From contig NW_024704742.1 in NCBI RefSeq assembly GCF_018977255.1, positions 68,202,001 through 68,266,000 of the forward strand: a DNA stretch of 64,000 nt, given 5' to 3'. The position numbers were made by a program, and so were the translations under genes. The stretch comes from Callorhinchus milii. Its lineage: Eukaryota. The notes beneath the pieces were generated by a model. It ran no database searches, was not told where the DNA came from, and saw only the letters and a program-made list of their open reading frames with translations. This document shows, one piece after another, positions 38,430-51,879 of this stretch; the first letter of the stretch is position 1; every line of letters starts with the position of its first letter.

Positions 38430-41400
38430 AGTGCCTCCATTGGCTCCCTATCCTTTGAAGAATCCAGTTCAAGAACCTGGTACTCACCTACAAAGCCCTC
38501 CATGGCCTCGCCCCACCCAACCTCTGTGACCTCCTAAACCCCAACTAACCCGCCCTCTCCCTCTGCTCAGCCGACTCCGGCCTCCCCCACATCCCCTGAC
38601 CCACCCGCCACACCATTGGCGGGAGAGCCTTCATCCATTCTGCCCCCAAACCTCTGGAATTCTATCCTCCAATTACTCCACCTCGCCCCCTCCTCAGCCT
38701 CTTTCAACAACAACAACAAGATTTCATTTATAGAGCGCCTTTCATGTCGGGAGGACGTCCCAAGGCGCTGGACAGTTCGGTCGGGACCCGAGCAAGGGGG
38801 AAATGGTCAGGGTGAGGGGAGGGAAGGGAGGGAGCGAGGAGGGGTTAGAGAGTCGAGAGGGGAGCTGAAGGCACAGTCGAAGAGAAAGGTCTTGAGATCG
38901 GACTTGAAGGAGGAAAGGGAGGAAGCGGCGAAGACACTGGGGGATGGAGTTCCAGAGCCTAGGGGCTGAGAGGCTGAAGGCCCGGCCACAGATGGTAGGG
39001 CGGTTGGGGCGGGGGATGTGGAGCAGACCGGAGCCAGAGGAACGGAGGGTACGGGCAGGTAAGTAGAGGGATAGTAGGTCGGAGAGGTAGGAGGGAGCGA
39101 GGCCGTGAATGGCCTTGTAGGTGAGGATGAGGATCTTGAATTCGATCCTCTGGGGGATGGGGAGCCAGTGGAGGCGAGCGAGGGTGGGAGTGATGTGGTC
39201 CCGAAGCCTGGTGCGGGACAGTACACGAGCTGCAGAGTTCTGAATGACCTGCAGCTTGTGGAGGGAGGTGCCGGGAAGGCCGGCGAGGAGAGAGTTCCCA
39301 TAGTCCAGCCTTGAGGTGATAAAGGCGTGGACCAGCAGCGTGAGGGGTGAGGTAGTGCCGTAGTCTGGCGATATTCCGGAGGTGATGGAAGGCGGTGCCA
39401 GTTGTGGCGCGGATATGAGGGAGAAAGGACAGCTCAGGGTCGAACAGAACCCGAGGTTCCTGATGGCTTTGAGAGGTGGAGAGTGCAGCCTTGGATGCTG
39501 ATGCTGTCAGCGCCTGAGGTGCGGAGGCGCTGACGTGAGCCAATCAGGAGGGCCTCAGTTTTCGCACGTTGAGCTGAAGAAAGTTGTCTCTCGTCCAGGA
39601 CTCGATGTCGGACAGGCAGCTGTCAGGACATCGGTGGTCGTGGAGTTGAGGGTAGAGGAGGAAAGGTAGAGTTGGGTGTCATCCGCATACATGTGGAAGT
39701 TAACCCCATGTCTGCGGATGATGGCACCAAGGGGGAGCATATAGAGGGTGAAGAGGAGGGGACCGAGGACAGAGCCCTGAGGGACGCCGTGCGAGACAGT
39801 GCGGGGGCTGGAGGAAAAGCCGTTTGTGGAAACAAAATGAAGACGGTGGGAGAGGTACGACCTAAACCACTCAAGGACAGGGCCTTGAAGGTTGAGGTGG
39901 GAGGACAAGCGGTGGAGGAGGATAGCGTGGTCGACCGTATCGAATGCTGCCGATAGGTCGAGGAGGCAGAGGGAGCCCTGGTCACAGATGGTCAGGATGT
40001 CATTGGTGACCTTGACCAGGGCAGTTTCTGTGCTATGGGCAGCACGGAAACCCGACTGAAGGGGTTCAAATAATGAATGGGTGGAGAGGAAAGAGCGCAG
40101 CTGGGAGGCGACAACTCTTTCAAGGACCTTGGACAGGAAGGGGAGGTTGGAGATGGGCCGGTAGCTTGATAGCTGCGACGCATCAAGGGAGGGTTTTTTC
40201 AAAGTGGGAGTGATGGTGGCAGTTTTTAGGGGAATGGGAACAGAGCCAGAGGAGAGGGACAGGTTGATGATGTCTGTGATATGTGGGGCAAGGAGGTGGA
40301 GCTGGGAGATAAGGAGTGGAGTGGGGATGGGGTCAAGGGAGCAGGTGGTGGGTTTCAGGGACAGGATGAGGTTGGTGACAGAGGGTGGGGAAACGGGTAA
40401 AGGTGTGTAGGGGAGGATGGGTAGGAGTCGGAGTGTGGGAGGGAAGGGGTGGGGGTGGGTGGAAGTTGGAGGGGAAGTGACCGCGGAGCGGATTCCCTTG
40501 ATTTTGGATTCAAGGAAATCCAGCATCTCCTCGCAGTGAAGGTTGGAGGAGATGACCTGCGCGGGGTGGCGGGGGGGACGGAGGAGTCGGGATGTGGTAG
40601 AAAACAGAAGCCTGGGGTTGTTCTTCGCCTCCAGGATTATCCTGGAGTAGAAGGACGACTTGGCCGAGGCTAGAGTGGAGCGGTAGATTTTGAGGAGGTC
40701 CAGCCAGATTTGTCGGTGGACTGTTAGGCCAGATTTGAGGCAGATGCGTTCAGCGGCCCGCACCTGGTTTTTCAGTGAGCGGAGGTGGGTGGTGAACCAG
40801 GGGGAGGAGCGAGAGTAAGAGACAGTACAGGAGGTGATGGGGGCAAGAGTGTCGAGTATGGAGGAGGGGGTGTTGTGGAGGAGGGTGAGAGCAGAAGAGG
40901 GGTCAGTGAGGGATGAAGGCCAGAGGGAGAGGAGTTCAGAGGACTCCAAGGCAGTGGTTAGGGATTGTGGGGGTTAACTTCTTCCAGGGGCGGCAGAAGA
41001 TGGAGGTGGATCTGGTGGAGGTAGGGAGGGGGGTGGACATGGTGAAGGAGATGAAGTGGTGATCAGAGATGGCCTTGTTGGTAATGGTGACATCCGAGAC
41101 ACTGAGGCCCCGGGTGATCACCAAGTCGAGTGGGTGGCCGTGACTGTGAGTGGCGGAATTGATGTGGAGGGAGAAGTTGAGCGAGGAGAGCAGGGAGGAG
41201 AAGTCCGAGGAGATGGAGCAGGAGGGGGTGAAGTGCAGGTTGAAGTCACCCAGGATGATGAGACGATCAGAGCAGAGGCAGAGAGATATTAGTAGGGTAG
41301 AAATATCCGAGATGAAGGTGGGAGAGGTTTCAGGGGGCCGGTAGAGGAGGAGGATTTTGAGTGAAGTCCCGCCTCAAGACCCTCCGCTTCAACCATGTCA

Positions 41401-41527
41401 TCGGTCACCCCCCTTCCCTTCTCCATCCCCCTGATCCCAACTCGGGTTTGAAATGCTGTACACTGTCCAACGCCTTGGGATGTCCTCCCGACGTGAAAGG
41501 CGCTATACAAATGTAATCTTGTTGTTG
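38430..41527 (+). mobile_element. Older L2 3' fragment split by the minus-strand L2 (pieces ~38430-38705 and ~41364-41527)
   Basis: gcctctttcaa...aagtcccgcctcaagacc rejoins into the L2 3' sequence seen in other copies; ends in aaggcgctatacaaatgtaatcttgttgttg. Confidence 0.8.
38706..41363 (-). mobile_element. L2-clade LINE, 5'-truncated (~2.65 kb), frameshifted ORF2 (APE endonuclease + reverse transcriptase)
   Basis: APE motifs ILLLYRPP, IILGDFNLH, DLVITRG, SDHH (40950-41360). RT motifs [49 protein letters not shown] in ORF 39555-40949. 3' stem-loop and (TTG)n tail at 38706. Confidence 0.95.
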
Positions 41528-42864
41528 TATCTTGTTGCCTTAGAGTACTGGAGACTTGCTTGGCTCAGGAACCGAACTGTCGAGATTGGATTCTGATATT
41601 CCATTGCCAGGCATGTCTGCTTGGAGCCAGCTCAGCCCCAAAGAGTCTCCACTTACCTTTCCTCTACAGAGGGTAGAAATGGAAACTCCACGGCTGTTTG
41701 GGAAACATTACTGTATGCAAATTGGCTGCTGCATTAGTCTCCAAATACCATCACTTCACCCCATGGAATTCTCTGCAAAGCACTTTGAGATATTTGTCTT
41801 TGTCGGCACCATATCAAATGCAAGGATTTTTAGTTAGTAAATAATCTAGTATTTGAGGGACCAAATGGCTTTAAGATCACAGGTCAACTGTAACAATAAT
41901 CCTTGCAATTAATGTAACACCTATGTCGAAACATTGCAATGTGTTTCACCGGGAACTGTAGGTAGTCACTGTGCATTTATCCAGGGTAATTGATCAGGAC
42001 ACTGGGAGAAACTCCCTTCATTTTCGAGTAGTGTTGCAGGATCTTTAGTATCTTGCCTGAGGCATGAGACAAACGTAATGTCTTGTCGCGGCGGGTGGGG
42101 AGAGGGGTGGGGAGAGAAGAGATGCAGAAACATAAATAGATAGGAACATAGGAATTGCTGGATGAAGAAAGGCCAAGGTCCATCTAATTCGCCTTCTACC
42201 ATTCTGGTAGTTGCTTGCTACTCCATCTACTCCAATTCCATCCCTTTGTTTAAGGTTTAAGTTATCAAATTTCCTTCATATAAAACATATTAATATAGAA
42301 TTGGCTTCCACAACCATTGGTTTGCAAGGCATGTTGATATATAAACCTGCACATTAGTTTCCCTGTTGCAGCAGCTAACTCATTGGTAAATTGTTAAAAG
42401 GGCTGGATTTTGTTCTTGTGTAGAGGATTTAGCAGGAATTCATTAAGAATCTCAGTGAGTAAACAGATGGGATTGAGTCACAGGTTTGGTTTCTGGTTGA
42501 TGTCATGCTTGGCAATGACTGCTCTGATCGAAACGTTGGGAGCTGCTAAGCTGGTTGACCGAGTGACTTTATAAGTTTCTGAGGCTTGAGCTGCCACCTG
42601 GTCTCAGTCTGTGACACCGTTGTGTCTTCAAATTTAACATACAATACAGTACACATTTACATAGATTCTTTAATCATAATAATAATATGATAAGAATGTA
42701 CTGTAAAGTATACTATATATTTTGTGGGCGAAACGCGGCAGCTAATTGCGCACAGTAGTGTCCCACAATATAGCAAAGAAAGGTGGAGAAATTCTTAAAC
42801 TTAATTTGAACGGCAGATCTTATCGAGAGCAGTGAAATCAGGCTTCCAGTTGTAGACCGAGCTT

Positions 42865-43230
42865 ATAATAATAATAATCCTTGCATTTGATATAGCGCCT
42901 TATCACATTGTTGAGACGTCTCAAAATGGTTCACAGATATACTGTAAAGTTAATTGTATAGTTTATGGGCGAAACATGGCAGCCAAATGCGCAAAGCAGT
43001 ATCCCACAAACAGTCGTGGATTGAATCCAGAAATTATTATTTATGTATTTTGAAGGTATTATTATCCCCGGAAAGCAATGTGCCAATCGACTAAAGACCA
43101 GGTTCCTACTTACTGCTAGGTAAACAGAGGTGCATGGAGTAAGCAAACATGGTTTTGCCCTGCCTGGGAATTGAACCTGCATACTTTCGCTTGCGAGGCG
43201 AGTGCACTAACCACTGTGCTACAGGACTCC
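42865..43230 (-). mobile_element. SINE2, long subfamily, full length
   Basis: ggagtcctgtagcacagtggttag head to (TTA)n tail. Confidence 0.88.
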
Positions 43231-43544
43231 AGTTTAGGAATTTTCTCACAGTCAAGAGAAGTTGACCTCATACATGGAGTTCCAGGCCTTACCAGGACAC
43301 TTGTAAATAGGTATGGGGGTTAGTAAGGCTGTAATTGGAAGAACTGCATGGTTTCTAAGCAGAGAGGACACCGGGTATCAGAGGCATGCAAAGATTACAG
43401 GACAACTTCACTGGGACTGATAGCTCAGATGAGAGCTTATAGTCACACTGAGAGGCTTAAGAACTCATTATACTGAAGTGGAGAAGATTATGGGAAGTTC
43501 TGATGAAGATTTTCTAAATTATGAAAGCTTTTTGTATGGATAAG

Positions 43545-43705
43545 TACATAAGGACATAAGAATTTGCTAGGCCAAAGAAGACCAAGGTACGTCTAGTTTG
43601 TCTTCCACCATCCTGGTGGTCGCTTGACATGCTATACACTGTATTCTCTGATATTGTTTCCTAATTTTCCTAATCTATCTAATTTGTTCTTGAATGAATC
43701 AACAC
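43545..43705 (-). mobile_element. CR1 3' end (second subfamily)
   Basis: Octamer-type tail acataaggacataagaa and ccaccatcctgg, shared with the copies at ~10405-10602, ~42130-42215 and ~58765. Confidence 0.7.
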
Positions 43706-43707
43706 TT

Positions 43708-44432
43708 ACAGCACAGAAGGAGGCCATTCGGCCCATCGTGTCTGGCCGGCTCTTTTAAAAGAGCTATCCAATTCAATACCACTCTCCCGCTCTCTCCCCA
43801 TAACCCTGCAAACTTGTCCTCCCTAAATAATTATCTACTTCTCTCATAAAAGCTGTTATCGAATCGGCTTCCACCTCCCTTGCAGGCAATGCATTTCAGA
43901 TCCAAACAACTCGCTGTGTGAGAGCATTTTTCCTCACCTCCCCTCTGTTTCTTTTAACAACTATTTTAAATCAGTGTCCTCGGGTCACCGACCCACCCGC
44001 CATTGGAAATAGTTTCTCCTTATTCACCCTATCGAATCCCCTCATAATTTTGAAAACTTCTATTAACCTCTTAACCTTCTCTGCTCCAAGGAAAATAATC
44101 CTAGCTTCTCTACCTTCTTCTCATAACTGAAGTTCCTAATTCCTGGTACCATCCGAGTAAATATCCTTTGCACCCTCTCCAATGCCTTGACATCCTTCCT
44201 AAAGTGCGGTGCCCAGAACTGAACACAGTGCTCTTCCAGTGTTTTACTAAAGCTTCATAATAACCTCCTGACTTTTGTATTCCTGCCACCGTCAAAGATT
44301 TACCTATATGAACCCCCCGGTCTCTCTGCTGTTTCACTCTCTTTAAGATTGTACCATCATCTTATATTGCCTCTCCTCATTCTTCCTCCCAACATGCATT
44401 ACTTTGTATTTCTCCACATTAAACTTCATCTT
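43708..44432 (-). mobile_element. CR1-clade LINE 3' fragment
   Basis: MKFNVEKYKVMHVGRKNEER and further CR1 ORF2 C-terminal remnants; CR1-type 3' end (gggccgaatggcctccttctgtgctgt on minus). Confidence 0.88.
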
Positions 44433-45699
44433 CATCTCTCCAGTCAGGGAATTAGGCTCCACACACACACTCTGTATTTCTGATGCACAATATATGTGTA
44501 TGTCATTCACACACTCCCTTGTCTCTCTTTCATATGCTTTTTGTGTATGTTTCATTCAAATACACTCTTTATGTCACTCAGTTGTAACACACCAGATTAT
44601 ATCAGAGTAATAAAACCACCAACACCAGTAACAACTTTCATTTATATTAATAATAAAAATCTTCACATTAGGTATAGCGCCTTTCACGTCAGGAGGACGT
44701 CTCAAAGCACTTCAAAGCATAGTGACTGTCTGTTTTGTGGGTAAATGTGGTAGCCAGTTGCGCACAGCAAGGTCCCACAAACAGCCATGGAATGAGTGAC
44801 CAATTTTATTTGCAGGATTGTCAGGCAGGACATCAGGAGAGAGAAGCTCATCTGAAGATATATATATGTATATATATACCATATATATATACCTACACAT
44901 ACTGCCCTTCAAGCAAGGTAGCACACCAGAGTAATAACTGAAAGCCAAAATATATCACATAACTGCCAACTCCTTATATTATAATTACTGTATTACTATT
45001 CCTGAATGTTTGTTATAACTGTAATAATGGGATCTAATTTATAGTGTTTCTTCACGGGATTCTAGTCAACCCACGGGGACTCCCGGCCGGAAATAGATCA
45101 CATGACTTAATAGAGCCCTTAATCACATCATTGAGGCGTCTCAAAGTGCTTCACAAAATATACTGTTCCACAAATAGTCGTGGATTAGTAACCAATCATT
45201 AGTGACGAATATTATCCCCGGAAAGCGATACACAGTCAATAAGAAATCTGGAGGTAAAGTTTAAAGCTCTTAGTGTGATTCCTTAATCATCCTATTAGTA
45301 ATTGCTTATCAAGCCACCTCAACGTTTGATTCGGTGCTGCAGTGTGTGACATCTTTCCTGGGGACGTATAAAAAAAACTCTGGCCTAGGGATACTGGCAT
45401 TTTCCTGGACCTGCTCTGGCCAGCTCAGGGTCAATAAGCCAATTGCAACAAAACCAGATTGAAACGGGATCTGTTACTGTGGTATGCAAGGACGTGAAAA
45501 TGTTACAAAATAGCAAGCTCATTCAGGTTAATGGTATATCAGTGTAGTTAGAGCAGGAGCTATGAACCCACATTGGAAAATGGACCTTGACACAGTAAAG
45601 TGCTCACCGCCTCCACACTGCCACTCTCTGTTCAGCGGTGTCGCAGCAATGGAATTTTGAGCATTGATATTGTTAATATAAAAATAACATTAAACTTGT

Positions 45700-46092
45700 G
45701 GAGTCCGTTAGCTTAGTGGTTAGAGCACTCGCCTCATAAGCAAGAGGACCTGGGTTCGATTCCTGGGCAGGGTGAAACTTTGGGCAAGTTTCCTTACTGC
45801 ACATGCACCTAGCAGTAAATAGGAACCCGGTTGTTAGTCAATTGGAGGATTATTTTTCCGGGGATAATAATCCCTTCAAAAGATAATAATAATAATCTGG
45901 TCACTCAATCCACGATTGTTTGTGGAACACTGCTGTGCGTAATTGGCTGCCGTGTTTCGCCAACAAAATCAAGCTCAATCCACTTTGTAGTATATTCTGT
46001 GAAGCGCTTTAAGACATCTCAATGATGTGATAAGGTGCTATATCAAACGCAAGGCTTATTTATTTTTTATTATTATTATAATAATTATTATT
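45700..46092 (+). mobile_element. SINE2, long subfamily, full length
   Basis: tagcttagtgg A box, ggttcgattcc B box, body and tail. Confidence 0.88.
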
Positions 46093-46779
46093 GGAGTTGA
46101 GTTACAGATGAGCCATCATCTAGGAGAATGGCGGAATAGGCTGCAGGGGCTAAATGGCCTACTCCTATTCCTAAGTTTGTACATATATATATATATGAGC
46201 CTGTCGCCTTGTTTTCACTAGTTTCCCTGTTAGCAACATGGCGCTGTGTTGGCGTGGAGCACCTCTCTGATCTGTGGCGGAGGCAGCTCCTCCGTCTCTT
46301 CCCCGGCGATGTGTGCCAACAGAGGTCACACTGTGACAGGTCGTTAATTCACTGAGTATCAGCCCACGTTGCCAGTTATTTATGGCTCATGCACTTGCCT
46401 GTCTGGAATGAGACGTTCCCCAATGGAAGGGCTGCGGAAACACTTTAAAATCTTCTTGTGTGAAGGACACTGGAAGGTCAGTGTACGCAGCCTGTTTTGC
46501 TAACATTTTTGAGAGGCCTCGAAATTTCACCTAGTCTTAACCGGTGAAATCCATGGAACTGTTTTATACAGTCAATGCACTTTACAGTATATTCTGTGAA
46601 GCGTTTTGAGACGTCTCAATGACGTGATAAGGTGCCATATCAAATGCAAGGATTATTATATATATTTCATAAAATTTAAGATTGGGTGGGATAGTGGAAT
46701 TTCAGGCTCAATTTTAGCCTCAATTTGGAAGTCGGTTCTCTTTTAAGAACTGCCAAAAATCGGTTTTAAGAATTTTTTA

Positions 46780-47120
46780 ATAATCCTTGCATTTGGTAGC
46801 ACCTGTAACATCAAAACATCTCAAAACATCGGTGTTTCGGGTAAAGTGTAGTAACTGTATTTATAAGCGAACGCAGCAGTCAATATCTATTCTGAGATAA
46901 AGCCATGAAGTGAATGCCAATTTTATTTGGAGGATTGTAGGCCGGAACAGCAGGAGAAACTCCCTTCCCTTTTTGATAGTGCCGTAGGAAGTTTAACGAC
47001 CACCTGAGCAAGCAATGGGGCCTCGGTTTAACGTCTCATCTGAAGAACGGCACCTCCAGTAATACAGTGCTCAGCACCCCTCCTCCTGTTGTATTTCATT
47101 GGAGTGTTAGCCTGATGTGA
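46780..47120 (-). mobile_element. DeuSINE
   Basis: gcctcggtttaacgtctcatctgaagaacggcacctcc (Deu domain, minus strand). Confidence 0.75.
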
Positions 47121-47125
47121 GTGCA

Positions 47126-47412
47126 TAATATCCTTCCATTTGATATAGCACCTTATCATGTCTTTAGGATGTCTAAAAGTGCTTCACAGAACATACTGTA
47201 AAGTGAATTGACTATATATTTTGTGGGCTTAAAACGGTAGCCAATTACGCACAGCGGTGTCCCACAAACAGTTGTGGAATGAGTGACCAAATTTTTATAT
47301 TTGTTATTTTTTTGAGAGCACGGAAAAGAGAGCTGCCAATCGACTAACAACTGGGTTCTTACTTACTGCTAGGTAAACAGAGGCGTGTGGAGTAAGGAAA
47401 CTTGCCTAAGGT
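47126..47412 (-). mobile_element. SINE2, long subfamily, 5'-truncated
   Basis: Tail to aaggaaacttgcctaagg, then joins a tandem repeat. Confidence 0.82.
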
Positions 47413-47525
47413 CATCTAACCTCATCTCCACGTTGTATATCTAACCTGTGTATCTAACCTCACCTCCACATTGTATACCTAACCTGTGTATCTAACCTCA
47501 CCTCAACATTGTGTATCTAACCTCA
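47413..47525 (+). repeat. Tandem repeat, ~38 bp unit with TATCTAACCT subrepeat (~3 copies)
   Basis: tatctaacctcacctccacattgtatatctaacctgtg repeated. Confidence 0.85.
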
Positions 47526-50294
47526 GTAACCACTTTTTTCCGCTCAACTTTTGTGTATCTCTATCTGTATTTGTCCTCAAGCCTCAATCCCACTTCTCAC
47601 CAGACATCCATCCAGCTCTTTAATGCCAGGGCTTTAATAATAATAATCCTTGCATTTGATATAGCGCTTTTCACGTCGGGAGGATGTCCCAAAGCGCTTA
47701 ACCTAGGAGTTGATTCCACATATCCATTACTGTATCCTGTCAGGGGGAGGAATCTCTTGTAATGTTAAATCTCACCCATGCCCAGTTAATTTTATCCTCC
47801 TGCCTCCAGCTCTGCTTCTCACAGTCTAAATTAAATAGATAATAGATAGAAATTCAGGTAATACCGTTTCAAGGAGAAGTGTGGGTTAAACAGAAAGCTC
47901 TGTGTCCTTGTTTAGTACTTACAGGTTAAAAATTCTTCACGGTCTTAAAATGGAAGTCTTAAAACTTTAAGATCGTACAGAAATTTTAGAGAAGTGTCTC
48001 ACTTTCACTCCTCATTTGCAAGCTGGTTTTCTGCAGTTCCCAAGAGAGGACCACAGCAAACGAGCTTTCACTTTAAAACTAAATTTGAGACCGTGTGACC
48101 ATTAGGACAAAAATAATGGTATTTAAGGCATTTATATCAGATCCTACGAGAAATGCTGTATCCTGTTGTTTGTCCAGCAAGGACCACCTGAACTGTTAGG
48201 GCTTTGGCTTGCAGGGTTAACATAATAATAAAAATCTGTGCATTTGATATAGCGCCTTATCACTTGTAAAATGAATTAACTTCTATTTTGTAGGTGAAAC
48301 GCGGCCGCCAATTTCACAAAGCAATGTCCCACAAACAGGCGTGGATTGAGTGACCAAATTACTATTGTTTAAATTTTATTTTAAACAAAGGCATGTGGAA
48401 TAAGGAAACTTGCCTAATGTTTCGCCCTGCCTAGGAATTGAACCCGCTTGCAAGGCAAGTGCTCTAACCACTATGCTACAGGACTCCACAAACCAAGTGG
48501 AAAGAACCAAGTTGCCCCCAGCGACTGGTTCGCCCCTCTAAGACCTGTTGATGAATCAGGCTGGCTGTACTGTCTGCATCAGTGCCCTGGAGGGGAGTGC
48601 TGTGAGCCCCCCTGGCTGAGGGGCTGGACTAGAGACTGCCATTCAATTCTGATGTTTCATTGCCAAAGGCATGTGGCTTGGGAATCAGCTTCCCTGAGTG
48701 GGGAGAACACAGAGTCCAGGTGACGGGACTCGAGTGAGCTCTAGAGATTGTTTATAGTGATTTGTGTTTGTGTGCGGAGCGAGTTCAGCAGGGAGAAACA
48801 GGACGCCCTCCCACCCCCGTGAAGTGCTCCGAGATGTTTTCCTATGCGAGAGGTTTACAAAAGTGCAAGCTTGCTGTTGTTATTGAGAACTCCCCGCAGG
48901 GAGACAATATTCCTCTCTGCCGTGCGGTCCAGGTGTTCTCAATCTCCTGGAGGAAATAAAGAAAGTGCGTGGAGTTTTTTTAATGTATAAATAGAAACAT
49001 TACAGATGTGTACATTACAGATGTGTGCGTTCAAAACAGAATCACCCAGAGTAGCTGTTTTACATTCACGTTGAAAAGGAGATCATTTTGAAGTCAATCC
49101 CCATAAGATCAACTTGAAGGCCCTAGTCCTCACCTTCATATATATCCCTCCACCACCTTGGCCCATCCTTTCTCTGTGAATCGATGACCTCCTGTGACCA
49201 TACTCACACGGGCTTTCCTGTCTCCTTCCACTATGACCTGCTTTATGTTTCTCCCCTCTCTCACATCCCCACATCCAACACATCCCACCATTGTATTGTA
49301 TTGGCAGGTAGACTTTCAGTCACTTTGCTGCCTCCCTCTGGAACCTTCTCCCAAAATCGTATCGACTCTCCCTGCTTTCATAACCTAAAAGCTTATTTCT
49401 AGTCCCCACCTGTGCCTGTTCAGGTGAGCATTAAGATCCCATCGCATTACTTGAAAAGAGAAGGCAGTTTCTCTCTCCCAACGTCCTGGCCAACAATCCC
49501 CCCGATAAAATTGGTCACTCACTTCCTGGCAGTTTGTGGGTCATTGCCGTGTGTTAATTGCCTGCTGCATTCTCCTGCAAAACACACAGTCATTCTACTT
49601 TACAGCAAATCCTGTGAAGTGTTTTGAGATGTCTTCCTGACATGAAGGACTCAGTGTCAAATGTAAATATTATTGTTATTGTAATTGCAAGCCTCTGTTA
49701 TGATCTTGTGTAATATTTGCTCATGGGGGAGGGGGAAGGAAATACACGCTGAACCTATGTGAGTTTGGGCGATATCACAGACATGACACAGACATGGCAC
49801 AGGGTGTGACAAAGTTAACCACTCACATCCCTATACTCCTCTGAGCTGCACACCTTCTTTGATCGTGCTTCCGGCCACCCTCCCGCAGCCACTGACCCAG
49901 CACAGACGCTGTATAAATGCCAATTTTTCATTGTTGTTGTTGTAGTCAATGCTTTCTCAGAGGATATTAAGAATAATTCTTGCATTTGATAAAGTACCTT
50001 ATCATGTCATTGAGATATCTCAAAGTGCTTCACAGAATATATTGTAGATATATATTCTAGATTGATTGTGTAATTGTGGGCAAAACGCGGCAGCCAATTG
50101 TGCACAAACAGTCGTGGATTACGTGACTAATTTTTTTTTGGAAAGTCATCCACCAACAACTGGATTCCTACTTACTGCTAGGCAAACATATGTGTGGAGT
50201 AAGGAAACTTGCCTAAGGTTTTGCCCTGCCTGGGAATCGAACTTGGGTCCTCTCGCTTCCAAGGCAAGCACTTTAAGCCCTACACTAAAGTGTG

Positions 50295-50884
50295 TTTTTT
50301 TTGTTCAGCTGGGTGACTGACACATGAGGAAACCCATCACCATTTTTAAGAGTATCCAAACTAAGCTGACAATTCCATGTATCCCACCTACACATGGAAA
50401 TTCCAGAGATAGATTGTTGGAACAAAATGCACACTCTCTCCCTGGAGAGACGCATTCTGTTTACCTAATTCCAGAGAGTATTAGGTGCAGATTGGCAAGA
50501 GCCAAGGCTTGGGGTCCCCAGAGTCTGTGTTGGGGTAACTGCTGGAGTCTAACCAGCTAAAACCACGTAGCTTGCCATTGATATTGCTGTCTGGTAAGCT
50601 TTCCTGGTACTTTTCCATCTAGGACCACCCTAGCTGTTAGGGCTTTGGCTTGCAGGGTTAACAGGAGCTGAGTGGGATGACTCTCTGCCCCCAGTGACAG
50701 GTCTGGCCTTCCAGGTCCTGCCGATGAGCCAGGCCGGGCTGTGCTGTCATCAGCAGTGCTCTGGAACAGTGCACACCCGTCTGGCTCATGAACTGGACTA
50801 GAGACCATCACAGAGGGTTGACTCAATTCCGACATTCCATTGCCAGCATGTCACCTTGGAGCCAATTCAGCTTATCTCCCCCCA
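50295..50884 (-). mobile_element. ~600 bp poly(A)-tailed non-autonomous retroelement, most complete copy (LF-SINE-like family)
   Basis: Shares long collinear blocks with copies at ~1030-1390, 2140-2385, 12878-12981, 22247-22621, 26885-26975, 36778-36953, 37822-38119, 41550-41645, 48165-48703, 56210-56308 and 57001-57365. Common 3' end ...ctgacc/ctgaac(A)n. Confidence 0.8.
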
Positions 50885-51879
50885 ATGAGGATACTCCTGG
50901 CCTCAACTACCATTCCTGGCAATTTGTTACAATTTTTAATTTATCCTAAAATTCTGGATTTACTTTTTCAATCGTGTTTAATCCCATTGTTATACACCAT
51001 TATAAGTTCGCCTCTGAGATGTTGTCTTTCAAGACGGTAAGAGCATCACCTCAGTTTTAGTAGATCAGTTTTGACAGAAGTTTTATCAACATTAAGCTGT
51101 GTCTGATTGATGAGAGGAGGAGGGGGAGGGCTGGGGGGAATTACTGCTGGTGTCTAGATTTCAGGGGAATGTTAAAGATCCTATGGCACTAATCGAAAAG
51201 AGAAAGGAGTTTCTATACAAATGTAAATTTGTTGTTGTTGTTTCTCCCCTTGCCTTGGCCAACAACCCCCCAAATAAAATTGGTCACTTACTCCATGGTT
51301 GTTTGTGGATCACTGCTGTGTGCAACTGACTGATGTGTTTCGCCCACAAAATACACAGTGATTCCACTTTACGGTATATCGTATGAAGCGCTTTAAGACA
51401 TATCAATGATGTGATGAGGTGCTATATCAATTGCAAAGATTATAATATTATTAATCCTGTGAAGCGCTTTGAGACGTCTTCCCGACATGAAAGGCACTAT
51501 ACCAAATGTAAGATTTATTATTATTATTAAAAGCCATACTCTCATTTTCAAAACCTTCAATTGTGGTAACATGTTAGGATGTACCAATAACAATCTTTGA
51601 ACCTCCTTTAGTTTTGTGAGCGGTTACCTATTTATCAGCCAGCGAGAATAATCTCTGGCTGTTTATCCTCTCAAAACCTTTCAGAATTTTGAAAAACTCA
51701 ATTAGTGTCCCTTGACCTTCCCTTTTCCAGCCAACGCAACCCGAAAAAAATTGTTTTGTTGCGTTTTAATGAAATGCAAATATTTGACCAGGAAGTTTGA
51801 ATGAGAAGCAACTTATTAAATATTCCTCAACCAAAACCTACATCGAAACTGAGGGATAGCTGCTTTGTTTCTAATATAG

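Noticed and set aside
39555..40949. 464 aa reverse transcriptase ORF as a host gene or active element
   Set aside because: Part of a 5'-truncated, frameshifted L2 ORF2.
42495..42545. Possible hammerhead ribozyme remnant (ctgatcgaaacgttgg)
   Set aside because: GAAAC is present but there is no correctly placed CUGANGA with stem II, and I could not build stems I and III.
45700..45775. tRNA genes at SINE heads (also 4569, 20365, 24465, 53586)
   Set aside because: A/B boxes run straight into SINE bodies; no complete cloverleaf was evident.
50718..50756. CUGAUGA on the minus strand as a hammerhead core
   Set aside because: It lies inside a stem, has no downstream GAAA and reads CCGAUGA in another copy.
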